In this document: positions 10,328-19,923 of the stretch, piece after piece
How positions within the stretch are numbered: position 1 is the first letter of the stretch
Layout: each line of letters starts with the position of its first letter
NCBI GenBank assembly: GCA_965214465.1
Contig: CBDCBX010000020.1
Coordinates: 554,363 to 618,362 of the forward strand
Source of the DNA: Acidobacteriota bacterium
GTDB lineage: Bacteria; Acidobacteriota; UBA6911; RPQK01; CBDAPI01
Length of the DNA stretch: 64,000 bases
Direction: 5' to 3'
Program-made: the position numbers and the translations under genes
Notes under the pieces: model-generated
What the model was told of the DNA's origin: nothing
Database searches by the model: none
Seen by the model: only the letters and a program-made list of their open reading frames with translations

Positions 10328-10750
10328 CTATCCTCTCGCTTGCTCTTCGAGCAGCCTGAGCAGATGCGCTGTCGTGTAGCATTGGATCCCACTGATCTGG
10401 AGATCGCGGTCGTTAGACCAGAGAGGCAGGTCAAGAGACCGAGCCAGGGCCAGTGGATGGGCATCGTCGGTGTCGCGTGTTCTCAAGAGCTCAGTGGCCC
10501 AGTCAAAGTGTTCAGCGTAAAAGTCAGCCGGGTGGACATCCACAGGCAGGATGCGCAACTGAAGCCGCACCTCATGTTGGGACAGTTCATACTTTGCAGA
10601 GAGACGCGGCAAATAGCGCTCCACTTCCAGGAGGTTGAACTCCGTGGTGTGAACCTGGAGGGCGTGATCAGTGAACACTCGAAGTGCCGCTTTGCCGATG
10701 ATGGCCGAAAGCAGGACGTTGGCATCAGCGACGACGGCAGCGATGGGCAT
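10328..10750 (-). CDS. vapC: type II toxin, PIN-domain ribonuclease VapC
   Basis: 140 aa. PIN-like acidic residues (VVADANVLL ... D ... D). Overlaps the upstream antitoxin by 26 nt. Confidence 0.75.
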   Translation of the reverse strand: MPIAAVVADANVLLSAIIGKAALRVFTDHALQVHTTEFNLLEVERYLPRLSAKYELSQHEVRLQLRILPVDVHPADFYAEHFDWATELLRTRDTDDAHPLALARSLDLPLWSNDRDLQISGIQCYTTAHLLRLLEEQARG

Positions 10751-10985
10751 CGAAATCCTCTTGGACGTCCTCCTCAGTAACGCCCTTAGATCTGAGTTCC
10801 TGATCTAGATAACGTCCCAGAACCCCCGCCAGCTCCCGCCGCAGGTCGTCCGGGATCCGATTCGGCTGGTCGAGAGGCAAATACAGGCCCGAAATCTTGC
10901 CGTGGCGAGTAATCAAGACGGGCTCGTGGCCTCCAAATAGCGAAGCCATCTGAGATCGGACCTTGCGAATTCCTGCAATCTTCAT
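10725..10985 (-). CDS. vapB: type II antitoxin, Phd/YefM-like (VapB)
   Basis: 86 aa. LFGGHEPVLITRHGKISGLYLP resembles the Phd/YefM antitoxin core. Coupled to the PIN toxin. AT-richer region upstream (10990-11220). Confidence 0.65.
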   Translation of the reverse strand: MKIAGIRKVRSQMASLFGGHEPVLITRHGKISGLYLPLDQPNRIPDDLRRELAGVLGRYLDQELRSKGVTEEDVQEDFDAHRCRRR

Positions 10986-11410
10986 GTCGACATGCCCCTG
11001 CTCTGAGCCTACCTCTGGAAGAGGAATGAGTCAACAACTGTGTACACAGATGCGCTGATTTGCCGTGGAGCTGAGTCTGTGAAAATGCGCGCTTCCTGAT
11101 GATCATTAGCACCAAAATGTCAAGGTCACGGGAATTGCATGGGATCCATGCTTGAGTTTCGCAATCTGTTGTGAAATGATGTGATTGAGGGGTCATTCGA
11201 ACAATTTAGTCGTCAGGTTTTTTACTCGAGCAGCAACCGGCTGCGGATCAGAGAGGCTCCTTTCCCGGGCGTTCCGCCCGTACTCAAAGGAAGCTCATAA
11301 CGAGGGTCGGTCTGTAGCCAGTCCCGCAATTTGTGGAACGGACTCAGGAGGCGTTTGAAAGGGAACCCGAGATGCGCATCAGCGGGGGTTCCCGAGGTTA
11401 GTCCAAGATT

Positions 11411-11477
11411 CCCCAACCCCGCCCCGAAAAAGGGGCGAACACTAAAGCCGGGGCTTCCCCGCCCCGGCTTTTTCTTT
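11411..11477 (+). terminator. two-hairpin terminator-like repeat unit, copy 2 (group II intron insertion site)
   Basis: Same unit as 10151-10214. Hairpin 11447-11468, T-run 11469-11477. The intron 5' end GTGCG starts at 11478. Confidence 0.55.
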
Positions 11478-11530
11478 GTGCGCCCGGCAGGGCGCACCCA
11501 TTTGGAGATGAAAGTTCTCTACGAACCCGA

Positions 11531-11581
<51 letters not shown>

Positions 11582-11886
11582 TGAAGGAAGCCGCAGGCAA
11601 AGCGCTGGCCTGACGAACAGGAATCGCATATGAGGCGGACGTGCTGGATGAGAAGGCAAATATCTTCAAAGTCCAATACCTGTACGGAAAGCACGGACGT
11701 AGATGCGGCGGGCATAAGCGTGAAGGTGGGTGCGCATTACCCGGGGAGGTCTGCCAGTAGGCCATAGTGCTACTGTCGTCGAGAGGCGGCGGGATGAACT
11801 GGTAGAAGTCAGCCGAGGGCATATTACCTCCATCGACCGGAGGGAAGGCCCGAACGCGAAGAAACGGAAAGGAGACTCGAATTTCG

Positions 11887-12599
11887 ATGACGAGAGGAGA
11901 CGCAGACAGGAAGGCTGAGAAGCCTGAAACCTGTCCAGGAGGTAGCCGACGGAAGCGGCGAGGGACTGGGCGAGGTGCGTCAAACGTCACGGTAAAGAGA
12001 GAGAACTCCAGTCCGGAAGCGATGCATCTGATGGAAGCAGTGGTCGAACGCGAGAACATGCTGGTAGCTCTCAAGCGGGTAGAGGCCAACGGCGGCGCTG
12101 CGGGAGTCGATGAGATGACCGTAGAAGAACTGAGGCCCTATCTGAAGGAGCACTGGCCGCGGATCAAAGAGGAACTGCTGGAGGGACGGTACCAGCCACA
12201 GCCTGTGCGAAGGGTGGAAATCCCCAAACCAGGTGGGGGAAAGCGCCAGTTAGGCATTCCCACGGTGGTGGACCGGCTGATTCAGCAGGCGCTGCATCAG
12301 GTTCTGACGCCGATCTTTGACCCGGACTTCTCGGAGTCAAGCTACGGCTTTCGCCCTGGCCGAAGTGCCCACCAGGCCGTGCAGCAAGCACGAGCTTACG
12401 TGGTGCAAAGCAAGCGGTGGGTCGTAGATCTGGACTTGGAGAAGTTCTTCGACCGAGTCAACCACGACATTTTAATGTCGCGGGTAGCGAGGAAGGTCAA
12501 GGATAAGCGGATTCTCAGACTGATTCGCCGCTATCTGCAGGCCGGCATGATGACCGGTGGCGTGGTATCGGCGCGCCGCGAGGGGATGCTGCGTATTCC
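11887..12599 (+). pseudogene. group II intron reverse transcriptase-maturase, N-terminal part (split by IS21 insertion)
   Basis: [30 protein letters not shown] ... RWVVDLDLEKFFDRVNHD (RT domains 0-2). Reading frame is broken at 12599/12600 by the IS. Confidence 0.8.
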
Positions 12600-12810
12600 G
12601 GGCCAAACCGGCCACTGATTCCGATTGAAACCGGCCACCTGTTCCGGGCCAATCCGGCCGGTGATTCCGGGGCAAAGTAGGCCACTTTGCCGGGCTTTTC
12701 CGGAATCGGTGGTCAGGTTAGCGGAAAGTTCCTGCCCTCAGGAGTTTGCGACGCTGGGCAACGCGGACTATCGTTGCTCCTTTTTCACTTAGAGAGGAAG
12801 AGGAGAACAG

Positions 12811-14373
12811 ATGGCCAATCGGAGGCTGCCCATGCGCAAGATCAAGGAGATTCTCAGACTACATTTTCAGGCCCACTTGTCAGCTCGCCAGATCGCTCGC
12901 AGCTGCTCGGTGTCTCGGGCTACCGTGGGTGATTACCTGAGCCGGACCCGGGCCGCCCAGCTCGACTGGAAACAGGTGGCCCAGATGAGCGAGGTCGAGC
13001 TGGAAGGACAGCTTTTTTCTCCTCCGGCTCCTCGGGGCCGCCACCGCTCTCCACCGGACTTTGCCTACGTTCACCGAGAGCTGCGGGCCAAGTCAGTCAC
13101 GCTGCAGTTGCTCTGGCAGGAGTACAAACAGGGTCATCCGGACGGCTACCAGTACTCGCAGTTTTGCGATCTGTACAACCGCTGGAGAGGAAAGCTCGAC
13201 GTGGTGCTGCGGCAAAACCACCGGGCCGGCGAGAAGATGTTCGTCGACTATGCCGGCCAGACGGTCGAGATTGTCGATCCCAAGACCGGTGAGATGCGTC
13301 AAGCCAACATCTTCGTGGCCGTCTTGGCGGCCAGTAACTACACCTATGCCGAAGCTACCGAAAGCCAGGATCTTGAATCCTGGATCGGAGCTCACGTGCG
13401 GGCCGTGGAGTTTTACGGTGGCACTACCCGGGTGGTGATCCCGGATAACACCCGCACGGCTGTCTCTCAGGCTTGCTTTTACGAGCCACAGATCAACCCC
13501 AGCTACGCCGAGTGGGCAGCCCATTATTCAGTGGCAGTCATCCCGGCCCGGGTGCGGGCTCCTCGGGACAAGGGGAAAGTCGAATCGGCCGTTTTGATCG
13601 TCGAGCGCTGGATCCTGGCCGCCCTGCGCAAGCGACGCTTCTTCAGCCTGGGTGAGCTCAATGCAGCCATCCACGAACTGCTTGGAGAACTCAACCGCCG
13701 GCCTTTCCGCAAACTTGAGGGCAATCGCCTCGAGCTCTTCCGGCGTCTGGATCAGCCCGCTCTCAGACCCTTACCCAGGATCCGTTATCAGCTGGCTCGC
13801 TGGAAGAAAGCCCGCGTCAACATCGACTACCACGTCGAGTTCGAGCGCCACTACTACAGCGTCCCCTATGCTCTGGTCCGTCAGCAGGTCGAGATCCGTT
13901 ACACCCAACACATCGTGGAGATCCTGCACCGGGGCCAGCGGGTGGCCTCGCATCGTCGCAACCGCGTGTCAGGAGCCGCCTCTACCTGCTCCGAGCACCG
14001 TCCACAGTGTCACCGCCGTTATCTGGAGTGGTCTCCTTCGCGGCTGATCTCCTGGGCTGCCAAGATCGGACCCCACTGTGGTGATCTGGTCGAGAAGATG
14101 CTCGCCTCTCGCCGCTATCCGGAACAGGCCTACCGCAGCTGCCTGGGACTGTTGCGGTTGGGCAAGACCTTCGGCGAGGATCGCCTGGAGGCCGCCTGCC
14201 GGCGGGCCCTGGCCTTCTCCACCTTCTCCTACCAGAGCGTCAAGTCCATTCTCAAGACAGGTCTGGACTCCCAACCATTACCCGAGACCCAACCACCACA
14301 ACCGGCTCTGGAACACTCGAACCTGCGCGGAGCCGACTACTTCACTTGTGAGGAAAACTTCCATGCTCATTAA
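12811..14373 (+). CDS. istA: IS21-family transposase
   Basis: 520 aa. N-terminal HTH (RQIARSCSVSRATVGDYL) then DDE core. Overlaps istB at the ATGCTCATTAA start/stop. Confidence 0.85.
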   Translation: MANRRLPMRKIKEILRLHFQAHLSARQIARSCSVSRATVGDYLSRTRAAQLDWKQVAQMSEVELEGQLFSPPAPRGRHRSPPDFAYVHRELRAKSVTLQLLWQEYKQGHPDGYQYSQFCDLYNRWRGKLDVVLRQNHRAGEKMFVDYAGQTVEIVDPKTGEMRQANIFVAVLAASNYTYAEATESQDLESWIGAHVRAVEFYGGTTRVVIPDNTRTAVSQACFYEPQINPSYAEWAAHYSVAVIPARVRAPRDKGKVESAVLIVERWILAALRKRRFFSLGELNAAIHELLGELNRRPFRKLEGNRLELFRRLDQPALRPLPRIRYQLARWKKARVNIDYHVEFERHYYSVPYALVRQQVEIRYTQHIVEILHRGQRVASHRRNRVSGAASTCSEHRPQCHRRYLEWSPSRLISWAAKIGPHCGDLVEKMLASRRYPEQAYRSCLGLLRLGKTFGEDRLEAACRRALAFSTFSYQSVKSILKTGLDSQPLPETQPPQPALEHSNLRGADYFTCEENFHAH

Positions 14374-15106
14374 CCAGACTCTCGAAAAACTTCACTCCAT
14401 GCGCCTGACCGGCCTGGCCGAGGCTCTCACCCAGCAACTCGAAGATCCCGACTCCTCCGTTCTCAGCTTCGAGGAGCGTATCGGCTGGCTGATTGATCGA
14501 CACTGGCTCTGGAGAGAGAACCAGGTCCAGGCCCGGCGCCTGAAAAACGCCCATCTCAAGGACAGCCAGGCTTGCCTCGAGGATATCGACTACCGTCCTG
14601 CCAGAGGACTGGATCGATCCCTCGTCCGTTCCCTGGCCACCTGCGACTGGATCACCAGACATCAGAATCTCATCCTGCTTGGCCCCTGCGGTGTGGGTAA
14701 GACCTTTCTGGCCTGTGCCTTCGCCCAACTGGCTATCCGCCAGGGCCACACAGCCTTCTATACCCGCCAGCCTGTACTCTTTCGAGAACTCTCCATAGCT
14801 CGCGCCGACGGGACTCTGCACAAACGCCTGGCAAAACTGGCCCGTGTCGATATCCTCATCGTCGATGACTTCGCCATGACGGCCTTGGCTGAGAGCGAAC
14901 GTCGTGACTTCCTCGAGATCTGCGAGGATCGTTACAACACTCGCTCCACCATCTTGATCAGCCAGATCCCCATTGCCGATTGGCACCAACAGATCGGTGA
15001 TCCGACTCTGGCCGACAGCATCTTAGACCGGCTCGTTCACAACGCCCATCGCCTGCAACTCGCAGGAGGTTCCATGCGAAAGCGTCTGGCGGCTTCTCAG
15101 GACTAA
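14363..15106 (+). CDS. istB: IS21-family ATP-binding helper protein
   Basis: Walker A LLGPCGVGKTFLA and Walker B ILIVDDF. Start ATG at 14363 overlaps the istA stop. The ORF-track start at 14078 is an in-frame upstream extension. Confidence 0.85.
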   Translation: MLINQTLEKLHSMRLTGLAEALTQQLEDPDSSVLSFEERIGWLIDRHWLWRENQVQARRLKNAHLKDSQACLEDIDYRPARGLDRSLVRSLATCDWITRHQNLILLGPCGVGKTFLACAFAQLAIRQGHTAFYTRQPVLFRELSIARADGTLHKRLAKLARVDILIVDDFAMTALAESERRDFLEICEDRYNTRSTILISQIPIADWHQQIGDPTLADSILDRLVHNAHRLQLAGGSMRKRLAASQD

Positions 15107-15421
15107 AGGCAAAAAGGCTATGGAAACTGCCGCCCTGTGCAAACCCATTCAGCGCTTTGCAGATCTGCTCAGGATTCCCGCACGTGGGTTCTCACAGGGC
15201 TTGGAAAACTCCTCGCTGCGCTCGGCAGTTTCCCACAGTTCCCACCGCCTCTACGACTACTTCACACACATCTTTATCGGAGGTTTCTTGAATGCCAATC
15301 GATCCAAGCTACATTGACTCAAAACGGCCACCTGGCACATCATGAAATCCCCAGCGTCGCTTCGCTCCGACCGGGTGGCCACTTTCCCCGGATTGGGTGG
15401 CCGGTTTCACCGGAATACGCA

Positions 15422-16174
15422 GATGCCGCAAGGCGGTCCTCTCTCTCCCGTGCTCTCCAATGTGCTACTGGATGAGCTGGACAAGGAACTGGAGAGGCGA
15501 GAACATGCTTTCTGCCGCTATGCTGATGATTGCAATGTCTATGTGCGGTCGCAGCGAGCCGGTGAGCGTTGGTCTCGTTGACACAGTTTCTGGAGAAGCG
15601 CCTCAAGCTGAGAGTCAACACTGCCAAAAGTGCAGTGGATCGCCCGTGGAGGCGAAAGTTCTTGGGTTATTCGATGACGGCGCACCGGGAAACTCGGCTG
15701 AAAGTGGCCGCTAGCTCAGTGCAACGTCTGAAGAAACGGCTCAAGGTGGCTTTTCGTCAAGGAAGGGGACGCAACCGGCAACGATTCATCGAAGAACTCC
15801 AGCCTCTGCTGCGCGGATGGGTACAATACTTCAAGCTGGCAGAGGTGAAAGGGACCTTTGAGGAATTGGACGGCTGGATTCGGCGGCATTTGCGCTGTCT
15901 GATCTGGCGTCAATGGAAACGAACCTGGACCCGGGCCAAGAACCTGAGGGCGCGGGGCCTGACGGAAAAACGTGCATGGAAGTCCGCGACCAACGGACGG
16001 GGTCCCTGGTGGAATGCCAGAGCCTCCCACATGCACGCAGCTTTTCCCAAGGCCTACTTTGATCGGTTGGGTCTCGTGTCGCTGCTGACGGAGCAGCGTC
16101 GGTTTCAGCGTTTTTCGCGAACCGCCGTGGTACGGAACCGTATGCCCGGTGGTGTGGGAGGACGGCAGGGGTGA
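15422..16174 (+). pseudogene. group II intron reverse transcriptase-maturase, C-terminal part (RT motif YADD plus maturase X domain)
   Basis: ...PQGGPLSPVLSNVLLDELD...FCRYADDCNVYV then a maturase-like region (GWVQYFKLAE...). Splicing out the IS restores ...ARREGMPQGGPLSP.... Confidence 0.8.
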
Positions 16175-16189
16175 CCCTGCCTCCTACCC
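16156..16189 (+). ncRNA. group II intron domain V (34-nt hairpin with GNRA tetraloop)
   Basis: GGGAGGACGGCAGGG-GUGA-CCCUGCCUCCUACCC: 14-bp stem, 3'-strand bulge, GUGA tetraloop. The IEP stop codon TGA (16172-16174) lies in the loop. Confidence 0.45.
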
Positions 16190-16398
16190 GATCCCTTCCA
16201 ACCACCGAATCGGCCCGCAAGGCCGTGAGGAAACAGTACTCGCCAGAGCACAACGCTTGTTTCCGGCCCGGGGTTTCTGTATTACCTTTGGAAGGCGTAA
16301 GCTGACATGGTGACCCATCGCTTCATCCTAAGCTGGAACTCTGAAACCAGGAGGCATGGTTCAAGGGGTGCGATAGGCGTAATCCAGACAGAAAAGGC

Positions 16399-17979
16399 AT
16401 GTTGATACTCGGAATTGGGGGCTGGCTGCATGATGGCTCGGCGGCGCTGGTACTTGACGGAAAGTGCGTTGCCGCCAGCGAGGAAGAAAAGTTGCTGCGG
16501 CAAAGGCACCCTGGTGGTTTTCCCGACCGGGCGGTGACGACCTGTCTGAAGATCGCCGGTGCCCGGCGAAAGGACATCGATATCGTTGCCCTTTCCAAGC
16601 CGCTTGCAGCCGGTAAAGAGGCCAGTGCTCTTTTGCATTTGAAGACACTCTTCCCCAATTCGAAAACGGTTATCGTCGATCACCACACTGCGCACGCTGC
16701 AGCTACCTTTTTCCCCTCCCCATTTGAGAATTCCCAGGTTCTGACGCTGGACCACCATGGTGACGTTTGCTGTGGAGCGACCTGGCAAGGTGCTGGAAAT
16801 CAGTTGCAGGCAATAGATGCAAGCTACTATCCAGACAGCCCCGCAGCTCTCTACAGCAAAGTCACAGAGTTGTTGGGCTTTCAGCCTGACTCCGAAGAGC
16901 ACAAGGTCCAGTGGCTGTCGGTCACTGGAGAGCCGAGGTTCAAGGAGATGTTTCTAGCGATCCTTGGTATGGACCGGAATTCACTCCCGAAGCTTGACCA
17001 TAGCTATCTTGATACCGGACGCACTACCCAGGGTGGCTTCAGCGAGCGTTTCTATCGTGAGCTGGACATCAATTCCGATGAGCTTCCGGGCGAGGGCATC
17101 AAAGCGGACGTGGCGGCGAGCATCCAAACAGCCGTTGCAGAGACCGTTGTGCGCATAGCTGGAGAAGGGAAGAACCTCTGCCTTGGAGGAGGTCTGGCCT
17201 ACAACGCCTTGCTGATCCAGAGCATTGAGGACGCCGGCCATTTTGAGAATGTCTGGGTCCAGCCGGTGACAGGGAACGCCGGGACGTCGCTTGGCAGCGC
17301 CCTGTTCGCACTCCACCAGAGCCAGCCCGACGCCGCAAGGCACGTCTTGCGCAACCTCTTCCTGGGTGAAACGTATGGCAGCGAAGAGATCAAGCGGGTG
17401 CTGGAGAATTGCAAACTGAGGTTCGGCTACCATCAGAGTGAGGGCGAGATGGTGAAAGCTGCAGTGCAGCAACTGACCGACAATAAGATCGTGGCATGGT
17501 TCCAGGGCCGAACTGAGTTCGGTCCTCGCGCACTAGGCAACCGCAGTATTCTGGCCTCACCTCGCAATCCTTATGCGACTCAAAACCTCAACGAGTACAT
17601 CAAACATCGTGAACCTTTTCGCAAGTTTGCGGCCTCGGTTCCAGAAGAGCTGGCCTCTGAGTACTTCGAGGTCAGTGACAATGCCCGGTTTCTGGCGACG
17701 GTAAGCCGCGTCAAGTCGAGTCACCGAGAAACATTCAGTCCGGCTTTGCTCGACGCTGACAGAATTCGGGTCCACGTGGTCTGCAGAGAGGAGAATCGGC
17801 TGTACTGGGAACTCCTGCAGGCGGTAGGGAATGCGAGTGGACTTCCTGTGGTCTACAACACCTCGTTCAACCTTTTCGGAGAGCCATTGGTCTCGGACCC
17901 CCGCTCAGCGGTTCGAAGTTTCTACTCTTCGGGAATCGATACCCTCTTCATCGGGCGCTTTTTCGTAGAGAAAGGGTAA
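16399..17979 (+). CDS. NodU/CmcH-family carbamoyltransferase
   Basis: 526 aa. N-terminus MLILGIGGWLHDGSAALVLDGKCVAASEEEK typical of carbamoyltransferases (NodU/CmcH/HypF-like). Confidence 0.75.
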   Translation: MLILGIGGWLHDGSAALVLDGKCVAASEEEKLLRQRHPGGFPDRAVTTCLKIAGARRKDIDIVALSKPLAAGKEASALLHLKTLFPNSKTVIVDHHTAHAAATFFPSPFENSQVLTLDHHGDVCCGATWQGAGNQLQAIDASYYPDSPAALYSKVTELLGFQPDSEEHKVQWLSVTGEPRFKEMFLAILGMDRNSLPKLDHSYLDTGRTTQGGFSERFYRELDINSDELPGEGIKADVAASIQTAVAETVVRIAGEGKNLCLGGGLAYNALLIQSIEDAGHFENVWVQPVTGNAGTSLGSALFALHQSQPDAARHVLRNLFLGETYGSEEIKRVLENCKLRFGYHQSEGEMVKAAVQQLTDNKIVAWFQGRTEFGPRALGNRSILASPRNPYATQNLNEYIKHREPFRKFAASVPEELASEYFEVSDNARFLATVSRVKSSHRETFSPALLDADRIRVHVVCREENRLYWELLQAVGNASGLPVVYNTSFNLFGEPLVSDPRSAVRSFYSSGIDTLFIGRFFVEKG

Positions 17980-18072
17980 CCCCTCGAGAGAAACGACGGT
18001 CCTGAATCACGGGATGGACTCGATGCTTCTCACCTCTTCAAGGAAGTTTTGGCCATTGTAAACGGGGAGGTC

Positions 18073-19847
18073 TGATTGGCGACAGTTAGAATTTCCCACG
18101 TATTGCCTCACTAAGAATCGAACCCAGTTCCGAACAGCTTATTGGTTCCTTACATCAGAAACAACGGGGCGACCGGAGCCGGACCCGCTTCGCGATCTTC
18201 TGCCGGAGCAACTGGGCGAGATTGGAACCCGATTTCGGAGGCTGTCGGCTCCACGCGAGCGATCTCGGCCTTGTAGAGCTGCTCCCTACGCCAGTCCCTC
18301 ACCCGTCGCTGCAGCGTCCGCAGTTGCCCATCGAAGAACCGACCGGGATAGCGTTGCTGAAGGCGAACGAAAAGCGCTTTGGCGGTTTGAGCGGGATTAA
18401 CTTCCAGTTGGACACGAACCTCTGGCCAGACTTCAGCAAAGGGATCCTTTCGAGTCCTCCATGTCCGGGGCTTTTTCGTCCGCCGATATCTTCTGATCTC
18501 TTTGGGTTCTTGTGAAGCGGTGATCTCGACAAGATACTTCCTGACGATTGCATCCATCTCTCTGGGGGAGTCGTTCCCTTCCAGTTCCCTTTGTCCGTTA
18601 GCAAAGGTCCAAAAATAGTCTTGGCGTCGCTCGAGCTCTTTGAGTAAGATCACCGGATCGAGCTTCCGGTAAAAACGCTCGATTCGCTCCCTCTTTCGCT
18701 TGGTGAGATAACCAGAAGCAATGATGCGCTGGTAAGGAGTTTGAGCTCGATCGTAGCGCTTCTTGACGCGTGCGCCGACGCGCTGCTTTTCGATCAGCTT
18801 CATCGAGGGCTGAAAGAAGTTCACATAGAGGCGTAGAATCTCATAAAGCTGAATCAGGGCCCGCCAGGCCCCCAGTCCCTCGTAGCGATCGTACCCGATC
18901 AGCCTTCTCACGACAGAGCCGTTCTTCTCTTCCACAAAGGCCTGATCGTTCTTTCGATTGACCCGGGAACGAGTGAAAGTGATCTGCTCTCTTTGGCAGT
19001 AGCGAAGCATCTCATAGTTGATGAACTCGCTGCCGTTATCCGTATCCAATCCCAGCAAAGGAACCGGGAGCCGGCCACGCAGGGAGTTCAGGGCGCCGAT
19101 CACGTCGGCTTCGCTGCGCCGCAGCAGGGCCACGCACTCGGTCCAGCCCGTTGCGACGTCCACCAGGACCAGCGTGTGCAGAAAACTACCGGCAGCACTG
19201 ACGCCGCAGTGAGCGACCAGGTCCGCTTCCAGAAACCCGGGTTGAAGATCGTCCCAGTCGGCGAAGGTCCGTACCTTGATCTGCTTTTTGAGTAAGCTTC
19301 CCGGCCGGGTTGTACTCACACCACGCTGATTGATTCTCTCGGTGGCCAGCAATCGATCAGCGGTGGCGGGGCTGATCGTCAGAAGCTTTCCCCGGACATC
19401 AGCGGGTAAGGACAAATGACCGTTCCTCTCCATCACCTCGATCAACTCGGGAAGAAAGGGAACCAGTCGCTTGGCGCAGATCCGGTTGGCCGTGGTCCAA
19501 AGGGTAACCAGTACCTGCTTGACTCGCTCATCGTATCGGGCGCGGCGGGGTCGCGAAGAACTAACGCTACCCGGCGGATTGTTCAACAGGGTAATGGCGT
19601 GTTTGCGACCGTAGCCGGTTGCCGCAACCAACTGATCCACGATCTGGCTCTTGATTCCTTTGCGGGCCGATGCGTAATCCTCCGCAGTGCGTGTCAACAA
19701 CTCTCGGCGCAACTCCAAACTCAACTTCTTCCTCAATTCGTCGCCTCCTCATCAAGTGTTCGGTTCGATTCTTGATGAGGCAACGGTCTCACATTAGTTC
19801 GATTTTGGATGAGTCAATGCGTGGGAAATTCTAACTGTCGCCAATCA
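18073..19847 (-). mobile_element. insertion sequence with DDE (rve) transposase, IS481/ISNCY-like
   Basis: About 46-bp imperfect terminal inverted repeats TGATTGGCGACAGTTAGAATTTCCCACG... at 18073 and the reverse complement at 19847 (TG...CA termini). Single 528-aa transposase ORF. No clear target-site duplication. Confidence 0.7.
18150..19736 (-). CDS. DDE-type integrase/transposase (rve core)
   Basis: 528 aa. N-terminal HTH region, catalytic core ...LGLDTDNGSEFIN.... Bounded by the IRs above. Confidence 0.75.
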   Translation of the reverse strand: MRKKLSLELRRELLTRTAEDYASARKGIKSQIVDQLVAATGYGRKHAITLLNNPPGSVSSSRPRRARYDERVKQVLVTLWTTANRICAKRLVPFLPELIEVMERNGHLSLPADVRGKLLTISPATADRLLATERINQRGVSTTRPGSLLKKQIKVRTFADWDDLQPGFLEADLVAHCGVSAAGSFLHTLVLVDVATGWTECVALLRRSEADVIGALNSLRGRLPVPLLGLDTDNGSEFINYEMLRYCQREQITFTRSRVNRKNDQAFVEEKNGSVVRRLIGYDRYEGLGAWRALIQLYEILRLYVNFFQPSMKLIEKQRVGARVKKRYDRAQTPYQRIIASGYLTKRKRERIERFYRKLDPVILLKELERRQDYFWTFANGQRELEGNDSPREMDAIVRKYLVEITASQEPKEIRRYRRTKKPRTWRTRKDPFAEVWPEVRVQLEVNPAQTAKALFVRLQQRYPGRFFDGQLRTLQRRVRDWRREQLYKAEIARVEPTASEIGFQSRPVAPAEDREAGPAPVAPLFLM

Positions 19848-19923
19848 GGGGGACAGGGTTCTCTCGGGTGGTGGGGCCGGCAGGTGCCAGGAAGGGACGT
19901 CAACTAGCGGAAATGACCCCGTG

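Larger units (their letters stand above)
12600..15421 (+). mobile_element. IS21-family insertion sequence (istA-istB), complete
   Basis: Terminal IRs TGCGTATTCCGGGCCAAACCGGCCAC (left) and the reverse complement of GTGGCCGGTTTCACCGGAATACGCA (right). Multiple sub-terminal GGCCAC repeats. 5-bp target-site duplication GATGC at 12595-12599 and 15422-15426. 2822 bp. Confidence 0.85.

Noticed and set aside
11222-11497. 91-aa minus-strand ORF (and its near-twin 10087..10269)
   Set aside because: Both translate the terminator-like repeat unit ([14 protein letters not shown] in each). The similarity is a DNA repeat, not a gene family.
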